Part shown: in pieces, positions 40,866 through 49,302 of the stretch
How the letters are laid out: every line of letters begins with the position of its first letter
How positions within the stretch are numbered: the stretch's first letter is position 1
Sequence record: NZ_CP102504.1
DNA length: 49,302 nt
From: a plasmid
Reading direction: 5' to 3' (one strand)
The notes under the pieces: generated by a model
The model's database searches: none
Told to the model about the DNA's origin: nothing
What the model saw: the letters and a program-made list of their open reading frames with translations, nothing else
Translations under genes and position numbers: made by a program

Positions 40866-43439
40866 TTAATGACGGCAAAGACGCCAATATTCTTCGATCC
40901 AGTTTTCGGGTTCTGGACCATATTTACCTATCAATTCCTCGGCCAACTCGGCATTTTGCGGCTCACCGGAAAGGATGCTGATAATGTTGTTCTTCTCGAT
41001 TTCATCCCGTTCAGGCGTATTACTACCGTTGATATTCAGGTTGAATGTAGCGAGCGCTGACTGTGACCCTTGCTTAACCAAAAACTGGCGCGAGTGCTCA
41101 GGGATTTTGGACATTACTTCAAACTCCGCATCGGTCAGGAAGGAGTAGTCCTTACGGCTGGCATCAGGATCGCGCAGGCAGATTTTTGATGGCGTTTGCG
41201 ACATCACCGTTTTACCAATGCTGCTTGCGAGCGCGTCATTTGGCTCTTGCGTGGAAAACAAATAAATCGCATCTTTCTTACGGTCTGTTTTAATGCCACG
41301 CTTTATTTCCAGCTTTAAAACAGGATCGTCAAGATAAGCATGAAATTCATCGAAACACTGAATAACACGGCGCTTTCCGTCAATTGAATTACGAATACGA
41401 TAAAGCAAGTACATTAACAATGGCGTTCTGGCCGGGCTGGGAATCTCACCTTCCGCAGCAATAAACTCCGTCAGGTCGAAGCCGAAAATATCATGAGCAT
41501 CGAGATCTAACGCATCTTCACCATTATCAAAAAGCCAGCCGTATTGGCCGTCATTCGTCCAGTCATTAATCAGGTCTTTGAGATATGGGTGCGTGATGTA
41601 CCCTTTCAGTCGGGTAATATCTCTGGCCTCAACAGGGATTAAAGAGTGTTCGCCCATGACAGCATCCACAGCCTTATTGAGTTCCATCCCCATATCTTTA
41701 TCTAATGGGCCGTTATTTGTAATTTCAGCACAGACACGCATAATATTTTTAGTGGTCGCAATATTACGCGGTGTGCCTTTCTGTTTGAGCGGTGAGAAGT
41801 TAGTTTTTACGCCCTGCTGTAAAACTTTATAGTAGCCGCCGACACTGCGAATAAACGGCTCCATTCCCCGGTCACGGTCATAGCAGAACATACGCGGATT
41901 AAACTTCATGCACTGGCATAACAGGAAATCCAGCAGCGTAGTTTTACCTTCACCAGACGTACCTGTAAGCAACATATGCCCCAGCGGGCGCTTTCCGATT
42001 GAGCGTTCTTCCAGTGGGGTGACGTGGAAGTTAAAATACAGCGGTGTACCGTTCGCGGTGCGGAACATCGTCACAGCCGGACCCCACGGATTATTGTCCG
42101 GTTTGCCGCGCATAAAATTATGGTACGGGGAGAAATGGAAGAAATTCCATGAGTTAATCGGCGTCGGGCGTGGCGCCCATTTCTGATTACCCGGAATCTT
42201 CGCAAAGTAAGCCGCTTCAGAGGCCAGCCCTACGCCGCCCCCCACGAAGCCACACTGACTTAGCATGACTTTAGCTTTACGGGCCTTGCGCTGCACTGCT
42301 CGCTGATCGGTATCGAAAACGTGAATAGTGGCATGGTGATAGCCCATCACAATTTCTTTAGAAAGCAGCATATCCAGCGCTGTATTCAACTGTTCAAGCT
42401 GGGACTGGCTTCTGTCGCCAGTTTCCATCATGGACTTCTCCTGGCGCTCCAGAAGCGTTTTAGCTGAAGCCTCGGATATGCAAGAAAATGTTTGAGTCAG
42501 CAGATATTCAAAATCAGCTTCTTTCAGCAAATTAAACTGACCCGGTTCCGTGTTTTTTTCGTAATCACGGATTTCGATAGCTGTAGTATAAAAATTGCTG
42601 TCCAGCGTTCTGACCTGAACAATATCCCCCCATACAGAACTGACAACACGGTTTTCCATGATGTAAGAACCGATACGGTCACGGCAAACAGGAACAATGG
42701 ACCATTCCAGATTTACCAGAAAATAAAGAAACTCCAGCGCTTTAGAATAAGCGTGAGCAGTCGGCGGGACGGTATCAGCGACGTTGAGCATTACCGGTTC
42801 GTCGAAAATATCTGCTTCGTCTACTTCAAGCAGCGACTGTTTTTCTTCAGCGTCAGTTAGCGCTATTTCCTCACCGTTTTTATCCCGGTAATAAATACCC
42901 AGGCGCTTGATGCCATAGCCCTTCATCCCCTCCATGATCTGCTCACAGACTTCTTCCATTCCGGTGAAGGCTTCAGCCTGCATTTGAGCCAACTCGTCAG
43001 CTGACGGTCGCTCAAACTTAGCCAGGAACTTCTGCGTCTTATCGCCTATCTGGCGATAAAGCACCGTCAGGTACAGGTCATTAACCATCTGGTTAGACCC
43101 CGTTTGCAGGCGGCGGTTGTATTCATCCAGGTAGCGTGGGAAGAATTGAGTAAACTCAGAGTCAGGATACTCTTTAGACTGGTGATGATACTCGTGTGAC
43201 CAGACCTCTACGTGGTCAGTCCCGAAGGATTTAATCAACGTATTAAGATCATCGTTCCATGTAATCAGCTCACGGTCAGAGGCACAGTCATGTGTCCGGC
43301 CATCGACTTTAAAGAATGCAAGCAGATCGCCATTACGCATCGAGATAATATAATCATCAAGGTGCTGGCTATGCTGCAAATACTTTTCATTAACGCTCGG
43401 CTCGTCTCTGAACGTTTTAGGTTTAAGCAATGCCACCAT
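40866..43439 (-). CDS. virB4: VirB4-like T4SS ATPase
   Basis: 857 aa. Walker A LLTGTSGEGKTT. Walker B region DEFHAYLDD. Confidence 0.9.
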   Translation of the reverse strand: MVALLKPKTFRDEPSVNEKYLQHSQHLDDYIISMRNGDLLAFFKVDGRTHDCASDRELITWNDDLNTLIKSFGTDHVEVWSHEYHHQSKEYPDSEFTQFFPRYLDEYNRRLQTGSNQMVNDLYLTVLYRQIGDKTQKFLAKFERPSADELAQMQAEAFTGMEEVCEQIMEGMKGYGIKRLGIYYRDKNGEEIALTDAEEKQSLLEVDEADIFDEPVMLNVADTVPPTAHAYSKALEFLYFLVNLEWSIVPVCRDRIGSYIMENRVVSSVWGDIVQVRTLDSNFYTTAIEIRDYEKNTEPGQFNLLKEADFEYLLTQTFSCISEASAKTLLERQEKSMMETGDRSQSQLEQLNTALDMLLSKEIVMGYHHATIHVFDTDQRAVQRKARKAKVMLSQCGFVGGGVGLASEAAYFAKIPGNQKWAPRPTPINSWNFFHFSPYHNFMRGKPDNNPWGPAVTMFRTANGTPLYFNFHVTPLEERSIGKRPLGHMLLTGTSGEGKTTLLDFLLCQCMKFNPRMFCYDRDRGMEPFIRSVGGYYKVLQQGVKTNFSPLKQKGTPRNIATTKNIMRVCAEITNNGPLDKDMGMELNKAVDAVMGEHSLIPVEARDITRLKGYITHPYLKDLINDWTNDGQYGWLFDNGEDALDLDAHDIFGFDLTEFIAAEGEIPSPARTPLLMYLLYRIRNSIDGKRRVIQCFDEFHAYLDDPVLKLEIKRGIKTDRKKDAIYLFSTQEPNDALASSIGKTVMSQTPSKICLRDPDASRKDYSFLTDAEFEVMSKIPEHSRQFLVKQGSQSALATFNLNINGSNTPERDEIEKNNIISILSGEPQNAELAEELIGKYGPEPENWIEEYWRLCRH

Positions 43440-43757
43440 TTATTTCAGCTCCTTTTTCTTGTAATCCACAGGGGAATAACTTGAACCACTCCATTGTTTA
43501 AATGGCGTGTCGTGTGCATTACGAAACTTAGTCTGTAGCCATAATGAAAGGATGCGAAACATACGGTCGTCGTATTTAGTTAGCGCTGCTGCAATTGACC
43601 ACAGAACCGCAAATACAAGGAGTGACCATAAATGTAACGTCATAAACAGCGTGGCCGAGATCATGAAGATAACCAGCGCCACAGTACGCGGAACGCCAGC
43701 AAGCCGGGGGACGCGTGTTGCACCTTTAAATAATGGCCGTTGTCCATTTTCAAACAT
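43440..43757 (-). CDS. virB3: VirB3-like protein
   Basis: 105 aa, two TM segments. Stop abuts the virB4 start. GTGAGGT RBS. Confidence 0.6.
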   Translation of the reverse strand: MFENGQRPLFKGATRVPRLAGVPRTVALVIFMISATLFMTLHLWSLLVFAVLWSIAAALTKYDDRMFRILSLWLQTKFRNAHDTPFKQWSGSSYSPVDYKKKELK

Positions 43758-43796
43758 AAAACCTCACTTAATGGGGGATGTACTCCCCCCCATTAA

Positions 43797-44093
43797 TCAG
43801 CTGCCGATACCAGTCAGGGATACCAGATATGATGCGGAGCCAATGCCAACCATTGCGATTGCGAGACGGAACATAAAACCAGCGGAAATAAGATGGAACA
43901 GCCAAACGAGGAACGACACGATCACGCCGATAGTACAGGCGATAGGAATCCAGGTATCCAGCCATGACTTGATGTTGTTACCTGTACTGGCCCCGGTGTC
44001 TGCCCCGCCAGCTGCGAGGGCCAGTTCTGGCGCTGCGATACATAACAGCGCAACCAGCAGCGCAAACCCGTTATTTTTGAAAAAAGTAACCAT
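43797..44093 (-). CDS. virB2: VirB2-like pilin
   Basis: ORF 43797-44153; start at ATG 44093 after GAGGT (MVTFFKNNGFALLVALLCIAAPELALAAGG...). Signal sequence plus two hydrophobic segments. Confidence 0.6.
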   Translation of the reverse strand: MVTFFKNNGFALLVALLCIAAPELALAAGGADTGASTGNNIKSWLDTWIPIACTIGVIVSFLVWLFHLISAGFMFRLAIAMVGIGSASYLVSLTGIGS

Positions 44094-44101
44094 ATATACC
44101 T

Positions 44102-44380
44102 CTACCTTTCCTTTGTTGATTTCAATATCAATCGGCACTCGCCGACATTGCACTTATCCAGAAGAAACTCCGTCAGGAGTCTCAGGTCTGCCCATGTGCG
44201 AAGTTCGTGATCTTTATTCAACCGAATGGAGCAACGAACCTCACCCAAATTTTCATCCTTTACGTCAAATATGGGATACCACTGCTTTAGTGAAATCCTT
44301 TCAATTACAACCTCCTGTATTTTTCCGGCTTCGCATAAATCAATTATTTGAGACTGCAACAGGAGATAGATTTTTGTCAT
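44102..44380 (-). CDS. Small hypothetical protein between virB1 and virB2 (position of korB in pKM101)
   Basis: 92 aa; overlaps the virB1 3' end by 41 nt. Function assigned by position only. Confidence 0.3.
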   Translation of the reverse strand: MTKIYLLLQSQIIDLCEAGKIQEVVIERISLKQWYPIFDVKDENLGEVRCSIRLNKDHELRTWADLRLLTEFLLDKCNVGECRLILKSTKER

Positions 44381-45122
44381 TCATAACCTCACTCCCTTTT
44401 TGCTCTGCTTTGGTCAGAAACGCGTCAGTGTTATCCTGCGAAAACACATCACCACCACTATCACTTTCACCCGTAAACGCATCGTGCTCACCCTCAAAGG
44501 TTGCGCCCTTCGCACTCACAGGCTGGCTCTCCGCTTCCTCGTTCTGCCCATCAGGTAGCAACGTAGGGATCTTTAAATCAGACTGTTTAGCCACGTTAAT
44601 TACTTTCGTGACATACCCGTTTGAAATCCCCCGCACTTGCGACCCGGTGTTGTAGCAGGACAGCGCGTGTCTTAATGCTATCTGGCCGGGCGGGTTGGAT
44701 TTCAGGGCCGTACTATAACAGTCTTTTAAAATGGTCTGACTGGCGCGGAGATTGATGCAGGGTTTAAATACCTGCTCAACCGTGATACCTAACGAACTCA
44801 AATTGTTAGAATTAATCATCGCAAGCCCCATATCGATGCTTTCATCTTTCTTGAGGTTTTTGATTAGCCGGTTGGCAACTTCTACCGCTTCAGCTTCGGT
44901 TTGCGGTTGGCGTTTCAGGTTTGCGCCACGGTTAACGTTAATAAAATACGGGTTGTTCCCGGATTCATGGCCGACGATATAGGCCATTGTCAGCGGTGAA
45001 ACGTCTGGTGCGCATCGGGCAGCAAGGCTGGCGATCGTATCCGAGGCAGAAGCCGCGTGAGCGCCCCCCTGAAAAGAAAGGCCGGAGATACATACCGCTA
45101 TCAAGCACCATGATTTTTTCAT
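44340..45122 (-). CDS. virB1: VirB1-like lytic transglycosylase
   Basis: 260 aa, signal peptide. SLT motif AYIVGHESGNNPYFINVN...LAMINS. Confidence 0.75.
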   Translation of the reverse strand: MKKSWCLIAVCISGLSFQGGAHAASASDTIASLAARCAPDVSPLTMAYIVGHESGNNPYFINVNRGANLKRQPQTEAEAVEVANRLIKNLKKDESIDMGLAMINSNNLSSLGITVEQVFKPCINLRASQTILKDCYSTALKSNPPGQIALRHALSCYNTGSQVRGISNGYVTKVINVAKQSDLKIPTLLPDGQNEEAESQPVSAKGATFEGEHDAFTGESDSGGDVFSQDNTDAFLTKAEQKGSEVMNDKNLSPVAVSNN

Positions 45123-45185
45123 TTTTGTATGTCCGTGTAATTGTAATTTTGACGACTTTTATTTATCATAAGGGCCAATAGAATC

Positions 45186-45539
45186 GTGTCAAGAGAAAAA
45201 GACGTTAAAGGGAAGAAACCTATGCTTGTTCCTTTGCAGTCGGAGAAGCGACCAAAAGGGACGCCTGTATACCGTGACCCGGAGAATCCATTTAACACCT
45301 GGAGCGGGTACGGAAAGCGCCCTGTCTGGTTACAGGAACGATTGAGTGATGGGTATCTTCTGGATGAAATGAAGCTGCCTGGTGCAGTGGTGGATCGGGA
45401 TACCAAATCCCCTCGATACCGTGACCCGGCTAACCCGGCTAATACGTGGACTGGCGTTGGCCGTCGTCCTAAATGGTTAGTTGAGCTGCTGGAAAAAGGT
45501 GTGGATTTGGACGATCTGAAGATTCGAGAAAGGGAGTGA
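45186..45539 (+). CDS. Protein made of two tandem H-NS-type C-terminal DNA-binding domains, with no oligomerisation domain
   Basis: YRDPENPFNTWSGYGKRPVWLQERL and YRDPANPANTWTGVGRRPKWLVELLEKGVDLDDLKI both match the H-NS motif TWTGQGRTPxW...SLDDFLI. 117 aa. Confidence 0.55.
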   Translation: MSREKDVKGKKPMLVPLQSEKRPKGTPVYRDPENPFNTWSGYGKRPVWLQERLSDGYLLDEMKLPGAVVDRDTKSPRYRDPANPANTWTGVGRRPKWLVELLEKGVDLDDLKIRERE

Positions 45540-45542
45540 ACG

Positions 45543-45893
45543 ATGGGCAATGTAATTGAGTTTAAGAGGCTGAAAGGCGAAAGAAACCAAAAAGACAAAA
45601 TGCCTAAAAGGGGGGTACTGCTGTGGTTCAAAAAGACTGCCCTGTCCCTCAAAAACAACCTCTTTACCTACTCTAAGTCATGTTGCTGTATTTGTTTGTT
45701 TTTTGTAAGCGCTGCGTCAAGAAAGCTATTGAAGTTGATCGCCACACTATCAATCGTGCTGTTTCTTGTCGAGTGGTTTATGGGCCGTTTGGGAGCGCCA
45801 GAGTTTTATAACCTGTTGTTCCTAATGGGATTGCTGTTGGTTATCAATGTGATTTCAACAAGCTGTATCAAATGGATAAGAGGGAACGTATGA
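45543..45893 (+). CDS. Small membrane protein
   Basis: 116 aa, two hydrophobic segments; 4 nt after the previous stop. Confidence 0.4.
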   Translation: MGNVIEFKRLKGERNQKDKMPKRGVLLWFKKTALSLKNNLFTYSKSCCCICLFFVSAASRKLLKLIATLSIVLFLVEWFMGRLGAPEFYNLLFLMGLLLVINVISTSCIKWIRGNV

Positions 45894-46228
45894 GTAAGCT
45901 AAGAACCGTTGCAAAAATATTATTGATGTACTGCATCTTCAGTAGCGCCAGCGCCTTTGCGGAGGGAAATACTAAGGGTGATCCGTGTCTCGCGTTCACC
46001 TGTATGGCCGGAAAGTTACAAGGTAACGAGGCAACATCAGGCCCTGACTGTGTAATGGGCCGCCAGAGCTTCTTTGAGATACGAATTTACACCCCCTACT
46101 ACAACCCCGACGCGACTGCTGCTGCTCGTAAAGTATTTCTAAGCACTTGCCCTATGACCACTATTTCAGAAAACAAAAACACACTGGAGCTGATTATTCA
46201 GCGATACGGACGTTCATTTCAGGAGTAA
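45890..46228 (+). CDS. Secreted protein with a signal peptide
   Basis: ORF 45872-46228; GAGGGAA RBS before ATG 45890. MSKLRTVAKILLMYCIFSSASAFA|EG. Confidence 0.45.
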   Translation: MSKLRTVAKILLMYCIFSSASAFAEGNTKGDPCLAFTCMAGKLQGNEATSGPDCVMGRQSFFEIRIYTPYYNPDATAAARKVFLSTCPMTTISENKNTLELIIQRYGRSFQE

Positions 46229-46231
46229 CAC

Positions 46232-46540
46232 ATGAAGAAACTAATCCCAGCTATCATTGCCGCCGCCCTGCTCTCCGGGTGCGCCACTCAGAACGACGCG
46301 GTAGCACTCTCAAATCGAATCAGCGATCAGCAGAAGCAAATCAACGCGCTTTCCGTTCGCCTCCAGTCTGCCGAGCATCGCTTGAGTCAGCAGGAGTCAG
46401 CTTTTCGCTCAGAACAAACGCAGAACAGCAGCTACTGCTACCTGAACGGCGTCAAATACTCTCAGGGATCGGTGTTCGCTGGCCGTATCTGTGATGGCAG
46501 TTCCGGCAGTGTAGCCTGGCGTCTTTACTCCCACCGCTAA
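46232..46540 (+). CDS. Lipoprotein with a coiled-coil
   Basis: MKKLIPAIIAAALLSGC lipobox. 102 aa. Confidence 0.5.
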   Translation: MKKLIPAIIAAALLSGCATQNDAVALSNRISDQQKQINALSVRLQSAEHRLSQQESAFRSEQTQNSSYCYLNGVKYSQGSVFAGRICDGSSGSVAWRLYSHR

Positions 46541-46544
46541 TAAG

Positions 46545-46578
46545 CAAGGCTTCCGGGCTTGCCCCGGAAGCGCTTCCT
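46545..46578 (+). terminator. Rho-independent terminator
   Basis: gcttccgggcttgccccggaagc hairpin. Confidence 0.55.
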
Positions 46579-46809
46579 CCAGACATGGATATTGAGCTGC
46601 ACAATCCATGTTTATCACAATAATCATATTGTTAAAGAGCATAAAAAAGTCGCCATGAAGGCGACTTAAATGAGCTTGAATCGTGCATATTTTATTTTTG
46701 TAAGTGCCCTGGTGCTGTATTCAGGGTGAATATTTGCACTATATAGGCACTATCTGCAACCACTTTAATCTATCTGACAGCCACATACACTGCTTGCACC
46801 TGTAACTGT

Positions 46810-47010
46810 GTGGAAACGGATGTAATGGCCGAACCCTATTTAAAAAATCGCCGACGCTTCACCTCGTCCCTTGATAATCAACTTGTCCCATTGTTTGACG
46901 CGCTAGCGGCCAAAACGCGGATACCTAAAAGCCGCCTGCTCGATGAAGCTATAGAGGATTTGCTGGTCAAACACGGCGTTCCTGGTAAAAAGGTCGATAG
47001 CCAGAATTAA
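46810..47010 (+). CDS. Ribbon-helix-helix (CopG/ParG-like) DNA-binding protein
   Basis: RRRFTSSLDNQLVPLFDALAAKTRIPKSRLLDEAIEDLL RHH pattern. Convergent with the resolvase gene, with a 4-nt overlap. Confidence 0.45.
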   Translation: METDVMAEPYLKNRRRFTSSLDNQLVPLFDALAAKTRIPKSRLLDEAIEDLLVKHGVPGKKVDSQN

Positions 47011-47615
47011 CTTTTGCTCACCCGCGTAACCGTCCGTTCCGATACGCCAGCGAGTCTGGCCGTCTCGCTGATAGATTTCCCCTGGTGCCGCAAAGAACGG
47101 ATCAGGTCATGCTTATTCTGGTCGGGCATCCGGCCACGATAAACCCCCTTCTGTTTGGCTTTCTTTACGCCTTCCTGCTGGCGACGGCGGCGATCTGTAT
47201 AGTCTTTTCGGGCGATGGCCGCGAGCATATCAAGCATCATGCTATTGATGGCCGTCAGCATACTCCGTGTAAATTCATCGCTACCGTGGGGCATTAACGC
47301 CGCGTAGCTGGTTGGCAGGTCCAGACTGATAATCGCCAGGTTCTTTTCCTGCATCATTCGCTTCAGCTGCTGCCAGCCTTCATCATCCAGGCGTGAAAGG
47401 CGGTCTACCTGCTCAATCAGGATAAGATCGCCCTTCTCAGCATCACTTAGCAGGCGCATAAGCTCAGGGCGTTGCAGGGACGCGCCAGACGCATTCTCAA
47501 CGTACCATCCGGCTACCCGGTGATTATGCTCAAGCGCAAAGGCTTTAAGCCTCTGCTGGGCGCGTGACGCATCCTGATCGTGCGCAGAAGCCCGGAGGTA
47601 TCCAAATATGTACAT
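47007..47615 (-). CDS. Backbone serine-recombinase resolvase (plasmid multimer resolution, ResP-like)
   Basis: MYIFGYLRASAHDQD... catalytic serine motif. C-terminal HTH (ISETARLAGVSERTVTRV). 202 aa. Confidence 0.85.
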   Translation of the reverse strand: MYIFGYLRASAHDQDASRAQQRLKAFALEHNHRVAGWYVENASGASLQRPELMRLLSDAEKGDLILIEQVDRLSRLDDEGWQQLKRMMQEKNLAIISLDLPTSYAALMPHGSDEFTRSMLTAINSMMLDMLAAIARKDYTDRRRRQQEGVKKAKQKGVYRGRMPDQNKHDLIRSLRHQGKSISETARLAGVSERTVTRVSKS

Positions 47616-47624
47616 GACCGCCTC

Positions 47625-47680
47625 TTATGTCATTAGGGTTATGTCACTATAACCTATGTCATTAGAGTTATGCCATTAAG
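47625..47680. promoter_or_regulatory. Candidate res / resolvase-binding site: two 29-bp direct repeats upstream of the resolvase start
   Basis: TATGTCATTAGGGTTATGTCACTATAACC / TATGTCATTAGAGTTATGCCATTAAGGCG. Confidence 0.45.
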
Positions 47681-47750
47681 GCGCGAGGGGAAGGATTCAG
47701 AGGGTGACAGAAGGGTATACTCATAAGACATAGCTGATAGTTGCTATCTA

Positions 47751-47778
47751 CCAGCTACCAGCTACCAGCTACCAGCTA
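47751..47778. repeat. (CCAGCTA)4 heptanucleotide tandem repeat
   Basis: ccagctaccagctaccagctaccagcta. Confidence 0.8.
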
Positions 47779-47801
47779 TGCGTGACAGTCACGATAGAAA
47801 A

Positions 47802-48134
47802 TCAGATGTAGTTTTGGATCTTGAACTGACGGATAAATTCACGCGATTTGAAATACTTTCCACGCGGTAGTTTTTCACCAACCGAGCGTTTATCTGCCCA
47901 TGCTTCAAATGCTGGACATGCGCCTTTTAAAACTGATGGTAGATAAATCCGTGTTGGAGCATTTCTCATTGATGTACGCAGAAGCAAAGTGGCATCTTCG
48001 ATATTAAAACTATCATCAATACTGATAACTCTTTCTGACACATCCTCAATTTTGATTTTTGAGGTATCGATGGTCATTCCGTCTTTGGCCTTCCCCACAA
48101 CACAAATATTTCTATTCTGCTGGCGTTCTGTCAT
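47802..48134 (-). CDS. Hypothetical protein, third gene of a three-gene operon
   Basis: 110 aa; strong AGGAGG RBS. Confidence 0.5.
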   Translation of the reverse strand: MTERQQNRNICVVGKAKDGMTIDTSKIKIEDVSERVISIDDSFNIEDATLLLRTSMRNAPTRIYLPSVLKGACPAFEAWADKRSVGEKLPRGKYFKSREFIRQFKIQNYI

Positions 48135-48205
48135 AGCTTCCTCCTGTTGAAATTAACACTACCGTACAGCCAATAATCAACTATAGAAAGGCTGTGATTG
48201 CTCAA

Positions 48206-48400
48206 TTAGTCACGTTTGTTATTGGCGTGGGTATCGGAGAGCAAATCAGCAATGATTTTCCCCATGCATAAACTTTTTCTGCCATGAGGTCGAACATGCA
48301 CTATATCAGTGCCATCTATGCGCTTTTCTATCACTGCATAATGTTTGTAATCAAAAAGCCAGGTTGTGCCTGTGTCACTAAAGGGTTCTTGTTGTCTCAT
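48206..48400 (-). CDS. Small hypothetical protein, second gene of the operon
   Basis: 64 aa; GAGGTAG RBS. Confidence 0.45.
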   Translation of the reverse strand: MRQQEPFSDTGTTWLFDYKHYAVIEKRIDGTDIVHVRPHGRKSLCMGKIIADLLSDTHANNKRD

Positions 48401-48486
48401 ATGCCATCTACCTCTATACCAATCACTATATTTTACATATCGTGACCATCACGATTACCGACGCTGTACTGATTATTATTCGTCTG

Positions 48487-49134
48487 TTATACGGAAGTCT
48501 CCCATGTATACCCGCCCTTACCTACCGCCGTGATCATTTTTGCTTTCCGGGCCGGTCCTACTTCGCCGATAAAGATAAAGTTAACTTTGCTGCTAGCCAT
48601 TGCATTCACGAATCGAGTGATCATACAGCTACAGTTATGGGCATGTTCTACAAAGACAACGTTCCTGCCCTCGTCAAAAAAAGACTTAAATAGATGCAAT
48701 CTAGTATCTTCACTGATCCGACCATTATCTTCATCTTCAACTAAAAAGTTTTCGGCCATATCATCCGAGATGCACCTTAAAAGGCTATCTTTGAAATTAG
48801 TTTTACCCGTCGCCGTATTGCCATATACGCACGTCATTACGGGCTGATTTGCTGCCAGATAAGCCGCGTATTCTTCTGGTTCAATGGTTCCAAAATCAGT
48901 AATAGTGCCGTCCTTGCTCCAGCTCATAACCCCATAGTTAGGCTTAAATCCATTAATGTTCCGCAAATCATCATCCGTAAGCGTTTTAGCGCCTCTCTCG
49001 ATCAATAAGCGAATGACATCAGTTTCTTTCACCAATTTTCCGTTAAGTTCAATAGCTCTAACCGTAACACTTTCGACAGTGTTCCATGATGTTGTATCAA
49101 TGTGCTTAGTTGGCATAGCCTCAACCCTATTCAT
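48487..49134 (-). CDS. P-loop NTPase of unknown family, first gene of the operon
   Basis: 215 aa. Walker A VYGNTATGKTNF at ~aa 100. Walker-B-like FLVEDED about 27 aa later. A ~100-aa N-terminal domain. Confidence 0.55.
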   Translation of the reverse strand: MNRVEAMPTKHIDTTSWNTVESVTVRAIELNGKLVKETDVIRLLIERGAKTLTDDDLRNINGFKPNYGVMSWSKDGTITDFGTIEPEEYAAYLAANQPVMTCVYGNTATGKTNFKDSLLRCISDDMAENFLVEDEDNGRISEDTRLHLFKSFFDEGRNVVFVEHAHNCSCMITRFVNAMASSKVNFIFIGEVGPARKAKMITAVGKGGYTWETSV

Positions 49135-49149
49135 CTAAATATTTAGATT
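49134..49149. promoter_or_regulatory. Perfect 16-bp palindrome ATCTAAATATTTAGAT overlapping the start codon of the P-loop gene (candidate operator)
   Basis: Self-complementary, in an AT-rich putative promoter region 49135-49260. Confidence 0.5.
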
Positions 49150-49302
49150 ATAAATTATTAGATGATATTTAAGCGGTCAAGCTAAATTAACCCTACATGC
49201 AAGAAATTACAAAGTAAACCATAGTCACCTTTTTTTTTACTGGTAATTACTAATACTGCATGATAGTGTTCCCTCACTGTTACATGACTGCGGAAAATGA
49301 CA

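Noticed and set aside
45119-45658. 179-aa minus-strand ORF
   Set aside because: - Antisense to the H-NS-like gene and Ser/Leu-rich; no RBS.
- The divergent virB1 promoter region is a better explanation of this DNA.

Overview
This 49.3-kb window reads as an IncN/IncW-like (pKM101/R46/R388-type) conjugative-plasmid backbone that has been heavily remodelled by mobile elements. It may be a whole plasmid linearised at repA, but circularity is not assumed. No CRISPR array, tRNA or rRNA gene was seen. All assignments rest on reading the translated ORFs and DNA motifs by eye; no database search was possible.

Backbone, in order:
- 1-1130: a rep gene (1-882), then iteron-like direct repeats and two DnaA boxes.
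- 1.4-9.6 kb: a leading-region-like block. It contains a KorA-like repressor, ssb, a SprT-like metalloprotease, an ArdB/KlcA-family antirestriction gene, a Ros/MucR zinc-finger regulator and several small unknown ORFs. Most are driven by a repeated promoter-plus-leader module (TTGACT, 17 nt, GATACT/GATAAT, then a stem-loop). These resemble the CUP elements of IncN plasmids. Two copies sit inside ~0.7-kb direct repeats.
- 9.6-17.8 kb: stbCBA, oriT with a 24-bp perfect palindrome and direct repeats, traK, a VirD4-like coupling protein, a TrwC-like MOBF relaxase (1072 aa), and a translationally coupled two-gene tail.
- 39.4-45.1 kb, minus strand: a VirB-type T4SS (virB1, small ORF, virB2, virB3, virB4, virB5, eex). 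It is cut by IS26 inside virB6, and virB7-virB11 are absent.

Accessory region, 21.2-39.4 kb:
- Tn3 (tnpA, res, tnpR) with blaTEM precisely deleted and an IS481-family ISKpn27-like element inserted (TATAGG duplication).
- Then blaKPC-2, a truncated ISKpn6, korC and klcA.
- A 3.66-kb Tn5403-like Tn3-family transposon without a target duplication joins this to the last 66 codons of sul1, ISCR1 (orf513), a CMY-1/MOX-family AmpC beta-lactamase, a truncated MFS transporter and IS26.

Most unusual observations:
1. A 2.6-kb Tn3-family-derived non-autonomous element at 17783-20380. It has 75-bp terminal inverted repeats and a TACTA 5-bp target duplication. Its cargo is a five-gene operon, including a UDG-superfamily-like protein without Fe-S cysteines plus a lipoprotein and a periplasmic protein.
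2. A three-gene operon at 47802-49134: a P-loop NTPase and two small proteins, with a palindromic operator over the first start codon.
3. A protein made of two tandem H-NS-type C-terminal DNA-binding domains with no oligomerisation domain, followed by three envelope proteins.
4. A 16-bp palindrome TGTATTG(T/C)GCAATACA present five times. Three copies are perfectly conserved inside 51-bp in-frame tandem repeats of the stbA coding sequence.
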